Origin: Eledone cirrhosa
Lineage: Eukaryota
Length of the DNA stretch: 64,000 bases
NCBI GenBank assembly: GCA_964016885.1
Contig: OZ024745.1
Location: 132,060,001-132,124,000 of the forward strand
Reading direction: 5' to 3'
The position numbers and the translations under genes were made by a program. The notes under the pieces were generated by a model, which was not told the DNA's origin, made no database searches, and worked only from the letters and a program-made list of their open reading frames with translations. Shown here in pieces: positions 12,067 through 25,427 of the stretch (position 1 is the stretch's first letter; every line of letters starts with the position of its first letter).

Positions 12067-13320
12067 TTGTGTGACTGACAGACGGAAGTCACTCAAATTT
12101 ATATATAGATAATTTACCAATCCATTCTATCCTATTTCTCTAATTCTTCCATCTACTTTTCTGACTAACCAACTTCCTCTAAAGGGTTTATCTAATCTTT
12201 TTACATATGGTGTGGAAAGAGTTAGGGTGGTTGAGATATAAATCTCCCTCATGACAGAACATGGCCAATGACAGCTAAGTTTTCCCACTGTAATAAGTAA
12301 ACCAGAAACCAGCACCACAAGCGAAATAAGACATTTTAGACTGTGACAGGGCAGCTTATATGTAAAGTGGCAAGACAACACTACTGGAGATTAGAAACTG
12401 GAGATTAATTAACAGGTAGTGAAATTTTCAGTTTCTAATAAATATCTTCCTCCTCCTCCTTACCCCCCCCCCCCCCCCCCCTCCACCAACTCCCCCTCCC
12501 AATGGGAGGAGATAACTGTACCATGAAATGGTATCATAGTAGAAAGACAAAGATGATGATGATGATTATGATGGTGATATGATAATTATTATTGACTTTC
12601 TAGTGTGGTAATATATTCATAATATAAATAAATAAATAAATAAATAAATATATACAAAAAAAAATGATTGTTTTTTTTTCTCCAAGTATTTGACAAAATG
12701 TTGCTAAAATATAAATCATAAAACTTAACAATTTGAATTCTGAATTAATAAAAATTCAATGTTGACATACAAATTTATTACATGGTTCCAGGAATTACAA
12801 TCTTTTGCTGCCAAAGAGATTGATTCCTTTCTAAGGTTTCCCTTGCTCGTGTTTTCTACTGTAACCCTCTACAGGGATCCATTCAACTAAGTCTTCCAAA
12901 ATGTAATACTTTCTGTTGATCAGCTTCACAACAATAAATATATTTCGAATTAACTGTTCAATAACATCAAATATTTGAATCATGTATAACAATTTTTCAT
13001 TTCTGTCTTTCTTTTTCCTTATTCCCTTCTCTCCACCTCTTCACCTCTTCGTATTTATTCTTATTACCCTCTTCCTGCTCTCATCCCATCTTTCATCTAT
13101 ATTCTTTGTCTTCACTTCCCCTCTTTCAATAGATATCTTGCTTTTAACATCCTTTCTCTCATTTTTTACCTTATCATCCTTCTTAAAACCTCTATTCTGT
13201 CTTTCCTCATTTTCCTCCATCCATTTCTATTCTTACTCCTTCATCACCCCCCCCCCCCCAACCTCTCTCTCTATATATATATATGTATATACATACATGT
13301 ATATATATATGTATATATAT

Positions 13321-13696
<376 letters not shown>

Positions 13697-13744
13697 AAAA
13701 TAAAATAAATAAGTCAAATGTTTAAAATTTAGCTTCGTTTATTA

Positions 13745-13797
13745 CTGCTATATATATTTCGGTGACAGCCATCTTTGGTTGTGACCTCTTCAGGCAG
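13745..13797 (-). ncRNA. Type-I hammerhead ribozyme motif
   Basis: Minus strand: CTGC-CTGAAGA-GGTCACAACCA(AAGA)TGGCTGTCACC-GAAA-TATATATA-GCAG. Confidence 0.8.
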
Positions 13798-14055
13798 TCC
13801 GAATTAGTGTGGTATAGACAAGTACATATGTTGTTGAGGTGTATAACCTTGTCAATACTCTGATATGTCCAGTTCCTGGTTGGGTTGTTATTTCACTGAG
13901 GAACTGGAATCATATGTACTTGTCAATACCACACTAATATGATTCCAGTTCCTCAGTGAAATAACAACCCAACCAGGAACTGGGCATATCAGAGTATTGA
14001 CAAGGTTATACACCCCCAACAACATATGTACTTGTCTATACCACACTAATTCGGA

Positions 14056-14108
14056 CTGCCTGAAGAGGTCACAGCCAAAGATGGCTGTCACCGAAATATA
14101 TATAGCAG
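14056..14108 (+). ncRNA. Type-I hammerhead ribozyme motif
   Basis: CTGC-CTGAAGA-GGTcACAGCCA(AAGA)TGGCTGTcACC-GAAA-TATATATA-GCAG: stem I CTGC/GCAG, long stem II, palindromic AT-only stem III. Confidence 0.85.
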
Positions 14109-14261
14109 TAATAAACAAAGCTAAATTTTAAACATTTGACTTATTTATTTTATTTTATTTTATTTTACATTACTCTGGAGTAACCAGACCAACCTGCGCA
14201 CTTCGTCGAGTGCTCCAATCTGCATACTGAGGTGTTGGTATACAACCAACATCTACTCAAA

Positions 14262-14293
<32 letters not shown>

Positions 14294-14394
14294 ATGTGTG
14301 TATATATACATATATATATACATATATATGTGTGTATATATACATATAATATATATATATATATAGAGAGAGATATAGATATGTATACATATAT

Positions 14395-14738
14395 GGAGGC
14401 ACATGGCTTAGTGGTTAGAGCATTGGCCTTGCAATCGAAAGGTTGTGAGTTCAATTCTCAGACCGGGTGATGTGTTGTTTCCTTGAGCAAGACACTTTAT
14501 TTCACATTGCTCCAGTTTACTCAGCTGTAGAAATGAGATGATAGGGACTGGGGTCCCTATCATTTCACTGCAAAGTGGTCGTGGAGGTGCCACGGCAAAA
14601 AAGCACCCAGCGCTCACTGTAAATGAGGTTGGTGTTAGGAAGGGCATCCAGCTGTAGAAATCAAGCCAGCATCAGTTTCCGTCCCACCCTTGCAAGCAGG
14701 GAAAAAAGCGGACGTAAAATGAAATGAAAATGAAATGA
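14395..14738 (+). mobile_element. SINE family A
   Basis: Near-identical to 1796-2125; the tail here is (GAAAT)-like repeats. Confidence 0.88.
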
Positions 14739-15334
14739 TATGTATTTGTGGAGGGCAGTTCTATATACACCACATATAAACATACATGCACAGGCACTAA
14801 AACTCTTGTGCATACACATACACACACACACACACAAACACACACATACATACATACACACATACATACACACACAAGCATGCACACATACATACACACA
14901 CATATACATACACACATACATACATACATACACACACGCACATAGATACATACACACAAACACATACACATAAATAGATAAATAGATAAAGTTCTTTCTT
15001 TATGATTCTTTTGCCAAAGCGCATTAAATCCTCTCCAATTACACAGAACATTATCCTCCTGGTCACACTGACCTTGCTAATAGTCACAGTGATGCAGACA
15101 GCTCTTATTGTGGTCAGCAAATATGTTAGAGTAATATTTAAGGCCTTTTTACTTTATATCAGATAGCCATTATCTTCCTGACTGTTGCCATTACAAATAC
15201 CTCCCCCCGACCTATTTCTCCTACTACTTCTACTCCCCCCACATCGTCATCATCACTCTAACTTCCTCCTTGTCATCCTGCTCTATTTTCTTTTATTTCA
15301 ACCTCTTCATCTTCACAGTCATACTCAGTGCCTC

Positions 15335-15843
15335 CTAATCCTCCACCACCACCACTAACATCATCATCATTAACACCATCACTACTAATATCATCATCAT
15401 CATCATCACCACCACCATCAACACCACTACCATCACCACCATCACCACCACCACCACCATCACCACCACCATCATCACCACCATCACCACCACCACCACC
15501 ACCACCATCACCACCACCACCACCACCATCACCACCACCACCACCACTGTCACCACCACCACCACCACCACCACCACCACCACCACCACCACCACCAACA
15601 CCAACACCACCATCACCATCACCACCACCACTGTCACCACCACCACCACCGTCATCACCACCACCACCACCACCACCACCATCACCACCACCACCACCAC
15701 CACCACTGTCACCACCACCACCACCACCACCACCACCACCACCACCAACACCAACACCAACACCACCATCACCATCACCACCACCACTGTCACCACCACC
15801 ACCACCGTCATCATCACCACCACCACCACCACCACCATCACCA
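15335..15843. repeat. (CCA)n/(TCA)n trinucleotide tract with internal higher-order duplication
   Basis: Direct inspection; source of the poly-Pro/Gly/Val ORFs. Confidence 0.95.
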
Positions 15844-16964
15844 TACAACAATTCCCATTTTTACCAACATTAGGCTTTAACAATGACAATCTAAGTTTTC
15901 TAACAAATAATTTATTTCCAAAGATTTCTAAACAAACTCCAGAATTATCTTCCAGTTTAAATATATTTCATCTAATCTCTCTCACTCTCTCTTCTTCTCA
16001 TTCTCTTTCTTTTATTGTCTCCTCCTCTCTCTCCCCCTCACTATAATATTTTATCATTCCAGGTCAAGCCAGCTACATATATATCGAAGCATTTTATTCT
16101 TGTTTTTTCTCTATTTCATTCCATTTTCTACTGGTAGCCATTGCTAATTTATTTTTGTGTAAACTTTATTGGCAAGTTATGGAGGACAGGAGATGTGTAG
16201 CGGTATAGCTTGTAAGGCTATGTGCCAATAAAATATGGCCAGTCAAAGCTTTACGGATTTTAACTGAATGTAACAGGGTTAAACAATAGTAAATTGTGGG
16301 AATGAAATATATTGTTTCTCTACATCATATAAAGCTCTAAACATTAATTTATTGAGCACCATCATTGACTTCTGTCAGCTTTGCATATCTAGTTGAGAAT
16401 AGCTCCACCATATCACTTGGTGTTATCAGAGACAAGTAAAAGGGCTTGGCACCAGGAAGGGTATCTGGTCATAAAACATTGCCTGAAAAAGGTTCCTACA
16501 GTGACTATGATTAAACCTGTCAATGTGTGCATAAGCCTTCTCTTAGCAAGATATATTGTTTTAAAACAATTGTTGTTGTTTTGTTGTTTCATTATTTATA
16601 TATTTTGAACTAGTGTGGAAAAAATGGACGTTAAATGGTGATGATGATGTTAACAGCTCTAAGCACTGACACCGCTATGTCTATTGAGTTCTCAGCAATG
16701 TAGAGCCCTGGTTAACTATTTAAGTCTGACATTTTATGAATTTTCATATAATTTTAATATCTTGTGACTTTACTATCATGAATATATTTAATCTAGAAAA
16801 ATCTAAATTGACCTTCATTTAATTGTAGGTGGTCGTACTTTATATTAAGCCAGCCATTTTACAGAAATATGATAGCCTGGTCAAATATATACATTTATTT
16901 TAATTGATTTATTCCTCATATTTTAAAATTCAGTTTGTTTACAATATATATATATATATATATA

Positions 16965-17281
16965 TATACAATGATATTAAATAAATGGAAACTATATTTA
17001 TAAAACCATATTTATTCCATTATATACTTGAACCGTTAAGGTATATTCTCCTTGGCTATGTCAAAATTTATAAAACACACTTCGTATTTTATCTGATGAT
17101 AGTGTACCAAAATTTTGGTACCCTTGAAATATATATAATAGAATAAATATGGTTTTATAAATATAGTTTCCATTTATTTAATATCATTGTATATTATACT
17201 CCAGAAAACTTGTTGAGTGCTCTGAATCAGTTATAAACATTTATATTTGCTGAATTACCAACAAATTGAATATCCCTTCTA

Positions 17282-17284
<3 letters not shown>
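16965..17284 (+). mobile_element. Penelope-like pLTR with short 5' inversion between (TA)n tracts
   Basis: 16965-17026 is the reverse complement of ~17132-17193; the body is homologous to 25330-25562. Confidence 0.8.
17085..17145 (+). ncRNA. Type-I hammerhead ribozyme motif
   Basis: TATTTTAT-CTGATGA-TAGTGTACCAAAATTTTGGTACCCTT-GAAA-TATATATA-ATAGAATA; 8-bp stem I with one G-U pair. Confidence 0.78.
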
Positions 17285-17378
<94 letters not shown>

Positions 17379-17384
17379 GTATAA

Positions 17385-17970
17385 ACTGAGAGAGAAAGGG
17401 GGCATAAGAGTGATGAGATAGAGTGTGCAGAGGAGACTGTATTTGTATGGATATGTGATGCATATGAAGGATGGCAGCTGTATAAAAAGGTGCGGAGCAC
17501 TCAAAGTTGATGGAAGCTATGGAATAGGAAGAGCTAGGAAGACCTGGGAAGACTTGGGATGAGGAGATAAAGCTGACCCTACACAATTGCACCTCTCAAA
17601 GGCAATGGCACAGGACTGTGTTTTCTAGCACTATGCAGTAATACCAAAGACCCACCATCCTCCTTGAACAGGTTGAAGCTTTCATCTAGTTTGCATCTTC
17701 ACCTCCCATGTTGTAACACCTCACTCCTCATCTACGTCCCACGATCTATCTCCCCAATCCCCACCACAGTCCTCAGCCCACACTGTAAAGTGGTTGTGTC
17801 ACAACAAAAAATCTCCTAGAACACACTATAAATGTGTTTGGCATTAGGAAGGGCATCAAGTCATAGAAACGAAGCCAGAAACAGTTCTGTATTAGCATGA
17901 CAAGGTCACCTGACCTGACATGCCTCAAATGAGAAAACCTGTCTAACCCATGTGAGCATGGAAAATGGTA
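17385..17970 (+). mobile_element. Degenerate RTE 3' end (ORF end plus 3' UTR)
   Basis: RRLYLYGYVMHMKDGSCIKRCGALKVDG...GRPGKTWDEEIK, followed by the GGAAGGGCATC tail. Confidence 0.8.
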
Positions 17971-18192
17971 AGCAGTATACGGTACTGATGAATGGTAATC
18001 ACCCACAAACAATAGTATCTGCCGTTCTGTTTATATGCCAACACTTGATCATACTGACATGGCTTAAAGAGACTGTTTGCATAATTGGAAACAAATAAAA
18101 TATTATTAATATTCGAAAAACTCACATTTATTGTATTCAGCCATGTAGAGCAATAAAACTATTTGTTAGTTATATAATATATATATATATAT

Positions 18193-18665
18193 ATCATCAT
18201 CACTGTTTTACATCCATTCTTCCACGCTAGGATGGGTTAGACGGGTTGTCCTGTTGTGTGCAGTGTCTGGTCAGCTGACCTTGTCTTGCTCAAACGGGAA
18301 CTGATTCTAGCTTGATTTCAACAGTGGATGCCCTTCCTAACACCAACCTCGTTTACAGTGAGTGCTGGGTGCTTTTTTGCCGTGGCACCTCCACGACCTC
18401 TTTGCAGTGGGAGGGGTTGGGGGCATATTTTCTATATGCTTCAGCTTCAGCTTGAACCCATGGGAAGTCGTGTCTTCTGTATTACTGCGTGACGTCAGAG
18501 GCCACGGTCGTGTCATCGCCTTTGAGAGGTGCAATTGGGTAAGGTCAGCTTTTATCACCTCATCCCAGGTCTTCTTGGGTCTCCCCCACTCCGCGGCTTC
18601 CATCGACTTCTAGTGCTCTGCACCTTTTTATGCAGCTGTCATCCTTCATACACATCACATGTCCA
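18193..18665 (-). mobile_element. Degenerate RTE 3' end
   Basis: Minus strand YGHVMCMKDDSCIKRC...GRPKKTWDEVIKADL, 3' UTR and (ATG)n tail. Confidence 0.82.
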
Positions 18666-18825
18666 TACACACACATGTATATGTATGTCTATATCTAGCT
18701 ATCTATCTATCTATATATATATAGATATATATCCATATATATACATGTGTGTAATGGTAGCTATGGTGCTTCCATAGGTCGTATGCCAAAATTAGCACTC
18801 AATATTCTTACAGAGCAGAGTGTGA

Positions 18826-19297
18826 ATAGTATAAAAAAACGAAAAATCAGTGATGCATCTGGACTCAGTTTATTGCGTGTTACAATTGTTTCGCCGGCAG
18901 GTAGAGACATGATCACTGTATGGATCTGGCTGATTCTACGGCTGCAGGTTTCTTTGGACACATGCAATTCTTTCAGAGCAAATTTTCTCACTGGAGTGTT
19001 ATCATAAAAAAACACCTTCAAAAACATCTTCCACTCTTGTCATGCCATTGGCTGTTGTTTTTCTATGTCATCATAAATTCTGGTCACTATTTACTGCTAC
19101 ACTGGTCATCAGCCATTTTCTGTTCCAGTGAGAAAATTTGCTCCGAAAGAATTGCATGTGCCTGAAGGAACCTGCAGCCATAGAATCAGCCAGATCCATA
19201 CAGTGATCATGTCTTGAGCTACCTGCGAGCGAAACAATTGTAAGGCGCAATAAACTGAGTCCAGATGCATCACTGATTTTTCGTTTTTTTATACTAT
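18826..19297. mobile_element. Inverted repeat (~170-bp arms) with degenerate hammerhead-like cores; probable PLE pLTR inversion
   Basis: 18826-18995 vs 19124-19297. Plus arm GTGC-CTGAAGG...GAAAC-AATT-GTA; minus arm GTGT-CCAAAGA...GAAAC-AATT-GTA-ACAC. Ends at (TA)n. Confidence 0.65.
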
Positions 19298-19368
<71 letters not shown>

Positions 19369-19836
19369 AACAAAATATATTTTCACTCTTAACGTGGTGG
19401 ATACCTAAATGTATTGGTGAGTGAATATCAATAATATTATAATAACATCACAATCATCATCATCATGTATTTTAATTGTCACAATCATCATCATCATCAT
19501 CATGTATTTTAATTGTTCAATCATTGCCTGGTGCAGCCATATTGCAGGTATGTTTTCATTCATTTATTTTTTAATTTTCAAACACGAGGTGATAACAAAC
19601 ACTCGGTTTATTTCGGTCAATCTCGTTATAAAGAATTTTTCCTTACAGCCAATTTTTTTTATAACTTGTAAATTTCTTTATAACGGAATTTCACTGTATA
19701 TATATATATATAGACACAAATATACATATGTCTCCTTCTCAACAAGGAAGATGCAAAATCTTACCTCAACACTTGACTTTAAATCTTTAATTTTTAGTTT
19801 TTAATCCTTATTAATTCTTTTTAATTGTAATACTCA

Positions 19837-19882
19837 GCATTTGATAAGATGAATTTTACTAATACTTCGAAACCAGTAATAC
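19837..19882 (+). other. Degenerate hammerhead-like motif
   Basis: GCAT-TTGATAA-GATGAATT(TTACT)AATACTTC-GAAAC-CA-GTA-ATAC; two core substitutions. Confidence 0.4.
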
Positions 19883-20048
19883 TTTACGTATATACTTTAT
19901 ATACTTTACATACATTATATAACTCTTTTTTTTAAAAGAATTGTCCTGCTCATTTTTTCAATAATGTCACTTTGATGAATGAAAAAAAAGGAAAAAAAAG
20001 GAAAAACAGACCCTTAAATATATTTTCAGTGCTGTTTCCAATCCCCCC

Positions 20049-20079
<31 letters not shown>

Positions 20080-20916
20080 ATAACAATAATAATATTTAAA
20101 GGAAGTCATTGAAAGAACTGGTGCATCTCCGATCGTTCTGTCACTCAATGCTTTAATTAAGCCAGCATTACTGGGATACCAACCAAACAGGAAAGCAGAT
20201 TGCACACTTATACGTTAATACGTGAGAGAAACGATTTTATGTGGGTAAAGAGATTATTTCTTTGTACATAAATATATATATATGAGAGAGAGAGAGAGGG
20301 GGGGATATATATATAATAGAGAGAGAGAGAGAGAAAGAGAGATAAGTGTAAGATCCTAATCATTATCATTGTCATTTTAACATCCACTTTAGCATGCTGG
20401 AATGGGTAGAGATAGAGATATACAGAGCTAGAGCAGTGAAGTGTGTTGAATAAAACCTGCATTTTGAAATTTATATGACAGCAAAATGTGGCTTTTGAAG
20501 ACAAAAGACCTGAAAAATATTGAATAGAGAATATATATAATGGGATTCAGTAATATACACAACACATATATACAGACACACATATACAAACACACACACA
20601 CACACATACATATAGATCTATATATATATATAAGGCTGAGTGGTAAAAGAATTGGATTCCCAATCGTGAGGTTGTGACTTCAATTCCTAGACCAGGCAAT
20701 GCATAATGTTCTTGAGCAAGACACTTTATTTCACATTGCTCCTTCTACCTGGAGTTGCGACCGATAGATAGTATTAGCAACAGGAAAGACCAACGGAAAC
20801 ATTGTTTCCTTGGTCCAATTAGATGAAAGTCGATTGACTGTTGATATATATATATACATATATATAAATATATATAAATATATATACATATATATAAATA
20901 TATATACATATGTATG

Positions 20917-20947
<31 letters not shown>

Positions 20948-21315
20948 TTGTTGTGGTATATGTATGGCCTACTGCTCTAACCACTAAGCCATGCGCCTTC
21001 ACATGTATATATATATATATGAAAGACCCCTCAGCCAGTTACAGATTTAAAGATATTTTACTCAACGCCTATGACAGTAAAGAAGAACAGATAGAGACAT
21101 TCAATATAGAAGAGCACTGGGAGTTCCTAATCAAGCCAAAATCAGTTCCTGTATGAGCAAGGCATGGTGAGCTGACCAGACACTGCCCACAACAGGATAA
21201 CCCGTCTAACCCATGCTAGCATGGAAGAACGGACGTAAAACGGTGATGATGATGATGATATATATATATACTCCAGTTATATACATATACATATGACTCC
21301 AGTTCCCCAGTGAAT

Positions 21316-21460
21316 TAAACGAAGCTAAATTTTAATCATTTGACTTTTATTTAACTTTATTTTACACTACTCCGGAGTAACTAAACCAACCTGCACACTT
21401 CGTTGAGTGCTCCAGCCTGCATACTGAGGTGTTGGTATACAACCAACATAAACTCAAAAT
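21316..21460 (+). mobile_element. PLE 3' tail fragment (family of 13695-14262) lacking the hammerhead
   Basis: Homologous to 14112-14262; ends at (TA)n. Confidence 0.8.
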
Positions 21461-21461
21461 C

Positions 21462-21519
<58 letters not shown>

Positions 21520-21561
21520 CGTGGAAGAACGGACGTAAAACGGTGATGATGATGATGATGA

Positions 21562-21596
<35 letters not shown>

Positions 21597-21598
<2 letters not shown>

Positions 21599-21800
21599 GG
21601 AGGTGAGTTTTATTGTAGTACAATAAAGCAATGCAAATATCGGATAAGTAGCACTCTACAGTTTGTAGGACTGGAGTATAAATAATATAAGATCAAAAGA
21701 TGGTTAAACGAGTTCCAAGTATTTTATTATGCGCATTTCAAAAACAAATTTCATCATGAGATGATATCTGCGTTTTCATCAGATAAAATAGGGATACATG
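21597..21800 (-). mobile_element. Penelope-like pLTR of a third family, ending at (TA)n
   Basis: Minus strand order: hammerhead, bulged hairpin, terminal hairpin TTTATTGT-ACT-ACAATAAA, then (TA)n. The 5' extent is unknown. Confidence 0.75.
21720..21790 (-). ncRNA. Type-I hammerhead ribozyme motif
   Basis: Minus strand: TATTTTAT-CTGATGA-AAACGCAGATATCATC(TCAT)GATGAAATTTGTTTTT-GAAA-TGCGCA-TA-ATAAAATA; perfect 8-bp stem I, palindromic ATGCGCAT stem III. Confidence 0.88.
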
Positions 21801-22334
21801 ATATGAAGGTTAAAAAACACTTGTGAATAGTGAAGTTTTACTATATATATACAAAGATTATAGTAGTAATCGGTTTCTGTTAGTTGAATTTGTGTAACTT
21901 AAAATAGAAGACCGTGTCAAGATACAATGGTTTTTCACTTAACATATGAATCACTTTCCGTAGTTTTTCTGTGGTGATCAACCATAGATACAATAAAGGT
22001 AATTCCTCGAGTATCTATATAGAAATTAATAAATTACATGAATACACCAATTTCACAATTGAAGGATTAATATTTATTATGTAAATGACACGTGTTTCGT
22101 TAATATGTAAGTGAGCACATCCAGAGCTGCTAATCTGATGTTATTTTCAAAGAATTTGAATTCCAATATTCTGCTTCAACAGTTTTACATATGTGTGTGT
22201 GTGTGAATGTGTATGTGTCTGTGCATGTGTATGTGTGTGTGTCTGTGCATGTGTGTGTGTGTGTGTGTATGTTTGTGTAGTTAGAATCCCAGAAGAGATG
22301 GGGCAAGAAGCGAGAGAATAGAATTGAGATATTA

Positions 22335-22478
22335 GATATATGTTATATATATGTTATATATATGTTATATATATGTTATATATATGTTATATATATGTTA
22401 TACATATGTTATATATATATTATATATATATTATATATATGTTAGATATATGTTATATATATGTTAGATATATATTAG
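22335..22478. repeat. 11-bp AT-rich minisatellite (TGTTATATATA)n
   Basis: Direct inspection. Confidence 0.9.
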
Positions 22479-23439
22479 AATTGTAATCCAAATATTGCAT
22501 GTGGTGATAATCATAATACCCATCTCAGCCTCCCATGGAATTAAAGCTTTGCTGTTATATCAGCAGAAGTTTCTGTTGGGACTAAACTATAGTTATAGAG
22601 AATTCCTAGCTACATTTGGATAATTCTCTGAAGTAAAAGTGTACTTTCTATATTAATTACATACTTGACCAAGTTGTGTATAAATAAAGCTTAAATAAAT
22701 AAGCTTATCTAATTTTATTTTAAACCAATTATAAGAATGTCTATTAGTATTTTGTTTCATTAGTTTAAGAATTATATTTAGTATTGTGGTAAAAATGATA
22801 TACAGTACTTTATTACTGTATATATTTGTATATCCCTAGTGACACAACTGATTGTATTAAAAATTGTTAAAATAAAACACAAACAAAAAAATGACTCATG
22901 CAACATTGTGACACTTGTGAAATCATCATCACCATCATCATAATTGCCATCATCATCATCATCATCACCATTGCTATCATGATCACCATCGCCACCATCA
23001 CCACCATCATCATCCATCACCATTGTCGTGGCTGTCATTGTTGTCATCTTTTACATGCACTTCTCCATGTAGGTAGGATGGGGTTTTTTTGGGGCCTTCC
23101 AATTGCCAACCCTTGTTTTTTTTTTAAAGTCAGGTGTTGATCTTCACGTGTTGAACTAGTGAGCAGCAGGATATTGTTTCTGCCATTAATGGCTGTGTCG
23201 GGTAAAATTTCCATCAAAGGATAGAAATCAGCGGCTAGAAATGTGTTGACCCACAGAAGTGATAGGTAGAAACGAGAAAGCGATGAAATGGATGAGAGCG
23301 GATCTCACAAACATTAAATTTTCTCGTCAGCTTTTAGGCCGCCTGTGGTTTCGACGATTTAACTAAAAGGACCACGTAAGATAGAAGGCTCGTGACAACG
23401 GAGAAATAAATATCGCTGTTGGTATAATGTTCCACCACT

Positions 23440-23988
23440 ATGAATTTAGCGCAGAATATTAATAGAATTAATAATAGAAACTTAAAACCTAACCAGAATA
23501 GCATTAATACCCCTAACAATATCCAATATAAGGTTACGGCTCCCAATAATATAAATTTAGATAAATGTTATTGTAGAAATAAATCTAACTGTCCTCTAAA
23601 TAATAATTGTTTAGTTAAAAATATTGTATACAATTGTAATGTCAAAACAAATGAAAACTCCTTTAACTATGTCGGCTCTACTTCCACAGACTTCAAATAT
23701 CGTTTTAATAACCCTAAATGTTCCTTTACGAATATTGGTAAAACATCTTCAACTTCTCTATCTAACTTATTATGGGACTTGAAATCCAAGAATATTAACT
23801 ATTCTTTACTTTGGAAAATTATTTCCAAAGCTCCTTCATACACTCCTTTATCCTAAAATTGCTCTCTTTGTGCTGAAGAAATATTCTTCATACTAAAAAG
23901 TAAGAACTCTATTAATTTGCGAAATCATTTATTCAGTTCCTGCAAACATCGTTTAAACTCAACTTTTAAATATATATATAAAATGTAA
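23440..23988 (+). pseudogene. PLE GIY-YIG endonuclease domain with one in-frame TAA (23854-23856)
   Basis: CYCRNKSNCPLNNNC (CxCx5Cx5C), IVY..YVGST..FKYRF, TSLSNLLWDLK, then in frame after the stop NCSLCAEEIFFI..INLRNHLFSSCKH. Confidence 0.88.
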
Positions 23989-25361
23989 TATATGATTTAT
24001 CTCTTTTACATAATGTCTTCTATATCTATATATGATTCATATATTTAATTTACTTTCTATTATCTCTACTTCACATATATATACTATATACTTTATATTA
24101 TTACACCTATCGATAGATTATAAAATTTCCTTATATGACTGCTTGAAACTCCTTTAAGGAAAATATTTTCTTGTAAAACTTACGGAAGGTTTTAAGAAAA
24201 TCTTTTGAAAATTCCTTTGAAAGATATAGAAAAAACATTATTTTCATACCTTCCAATACTTTTATATTGTTATATTTTTATATTTTTATATCTTCAAACG
24301 TTTTTAATATATATATCCAAATGTTTATATATATGTGGAAAAACATGATTTTTATATTTAGGTTTTTTATATATATGTGGAATAACCTATGGTTTATGCT
24401 TTAAATATATTCTTAAGATAAATTTTCTAAATGTTTTAACTTTATAGCAAGTAAATTTATGACTTCGTATAAAATAACATGGTTCATGTTTTAATTATAT
24501 TCTTAAGATAAAAAATTTGTTTAACTTTTTAACTTTATAACATTTAATCCTTAGTCATCTGAGTTCTTAAAAAACCACTTCTAACTTCCTTTACACTACC
24601 TTACTGTTTTTATAATATAACTAAGTGGTTATTCCTTTGTAAACTCTCGGAAAGTTTTCATAAATTTAGAATTATTTGGATGTTTAAATTTTGACTTACA
24701 ACTTTTAATAAAATAAACTATACTAGATTTGCTCTAATGTAAAATACTATATATTATTTAAATAATTTATAATCCTTAACATACACATTTAAACTAATTA
24801 TTAATATTAAATTATTAAATTAAATCTTTAATATTAAGGTAAATTTTAATCTTTAATTTTGATTTCTAATTTTTTAATTTTAATTTAATTTTAATCTAAT
24901 TTTTCAACCTATCATTATAAATATTATAATCAAAACGTAATGAATCCTGCATTATAAATATTATTCTTCCACGTTATTCTCATTTCTTCTCTCAATTAGA
25001 TATTAGATATACTTACGCTGTGTATATTTGTCCTTTGAAATTCATCTCTTCATGCACTCTATTTTCACTATCAATATATATAATCGTTCTTTCTTTCCTC
25101 TTCTATCTTCCTCCTTCCTTTTTCTTTTTTTCTTTTTTCTTTATTTCTTTTTTTTTCTCTCTCCCTTACATATCACCTTCTTCCAACAGTTTCATTTAAA
25201 TAAACCGTTATCTTTTCAATCTTTCGGACACTCATTTGCATACTCACTCATAATTTTGTATCACCCTCAATAAATGTAATATCTCCACTATCCAGGAAGC
25301 CCCAACCGCTATGGTTGTCTTTTTTCCGGGTATGTCAATATTTATTTATAAAACAAATCTG

Positions 25362-25427
25362 TATTTTATCTGACGAAAGCGCACCATAATTTGCCTTGCT
25401 TGCCCTTGAAATATGTATAATAAAATA
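25362..25427 (+). ncRNA. Type-I hammerhead ribozyme motif
   Basis: TATTTTAT-CTGACGA-AAGcGCA...TGCcCTT-GAAA-TATGTATA-ATAAAATA. Confidence 0.8.

Noticed and set aside
12780-12935. Minus-strand peptide ILEDLVEWIPVEG as a host exon
   Set aside because: Too short; at best a faint RTE C-terminal resemblance.
15273-15889. Extensin/glycine-rich protein ORFs
   Set aside because: Translation of a (CCA)n microsatellite, open in several frames on both strands.
23305-23365. Minus-strand GAAAC...CTGACGA as a permuted hammerhead
   Set aside because: No NUH or stem III can be formed and stem II does not close.
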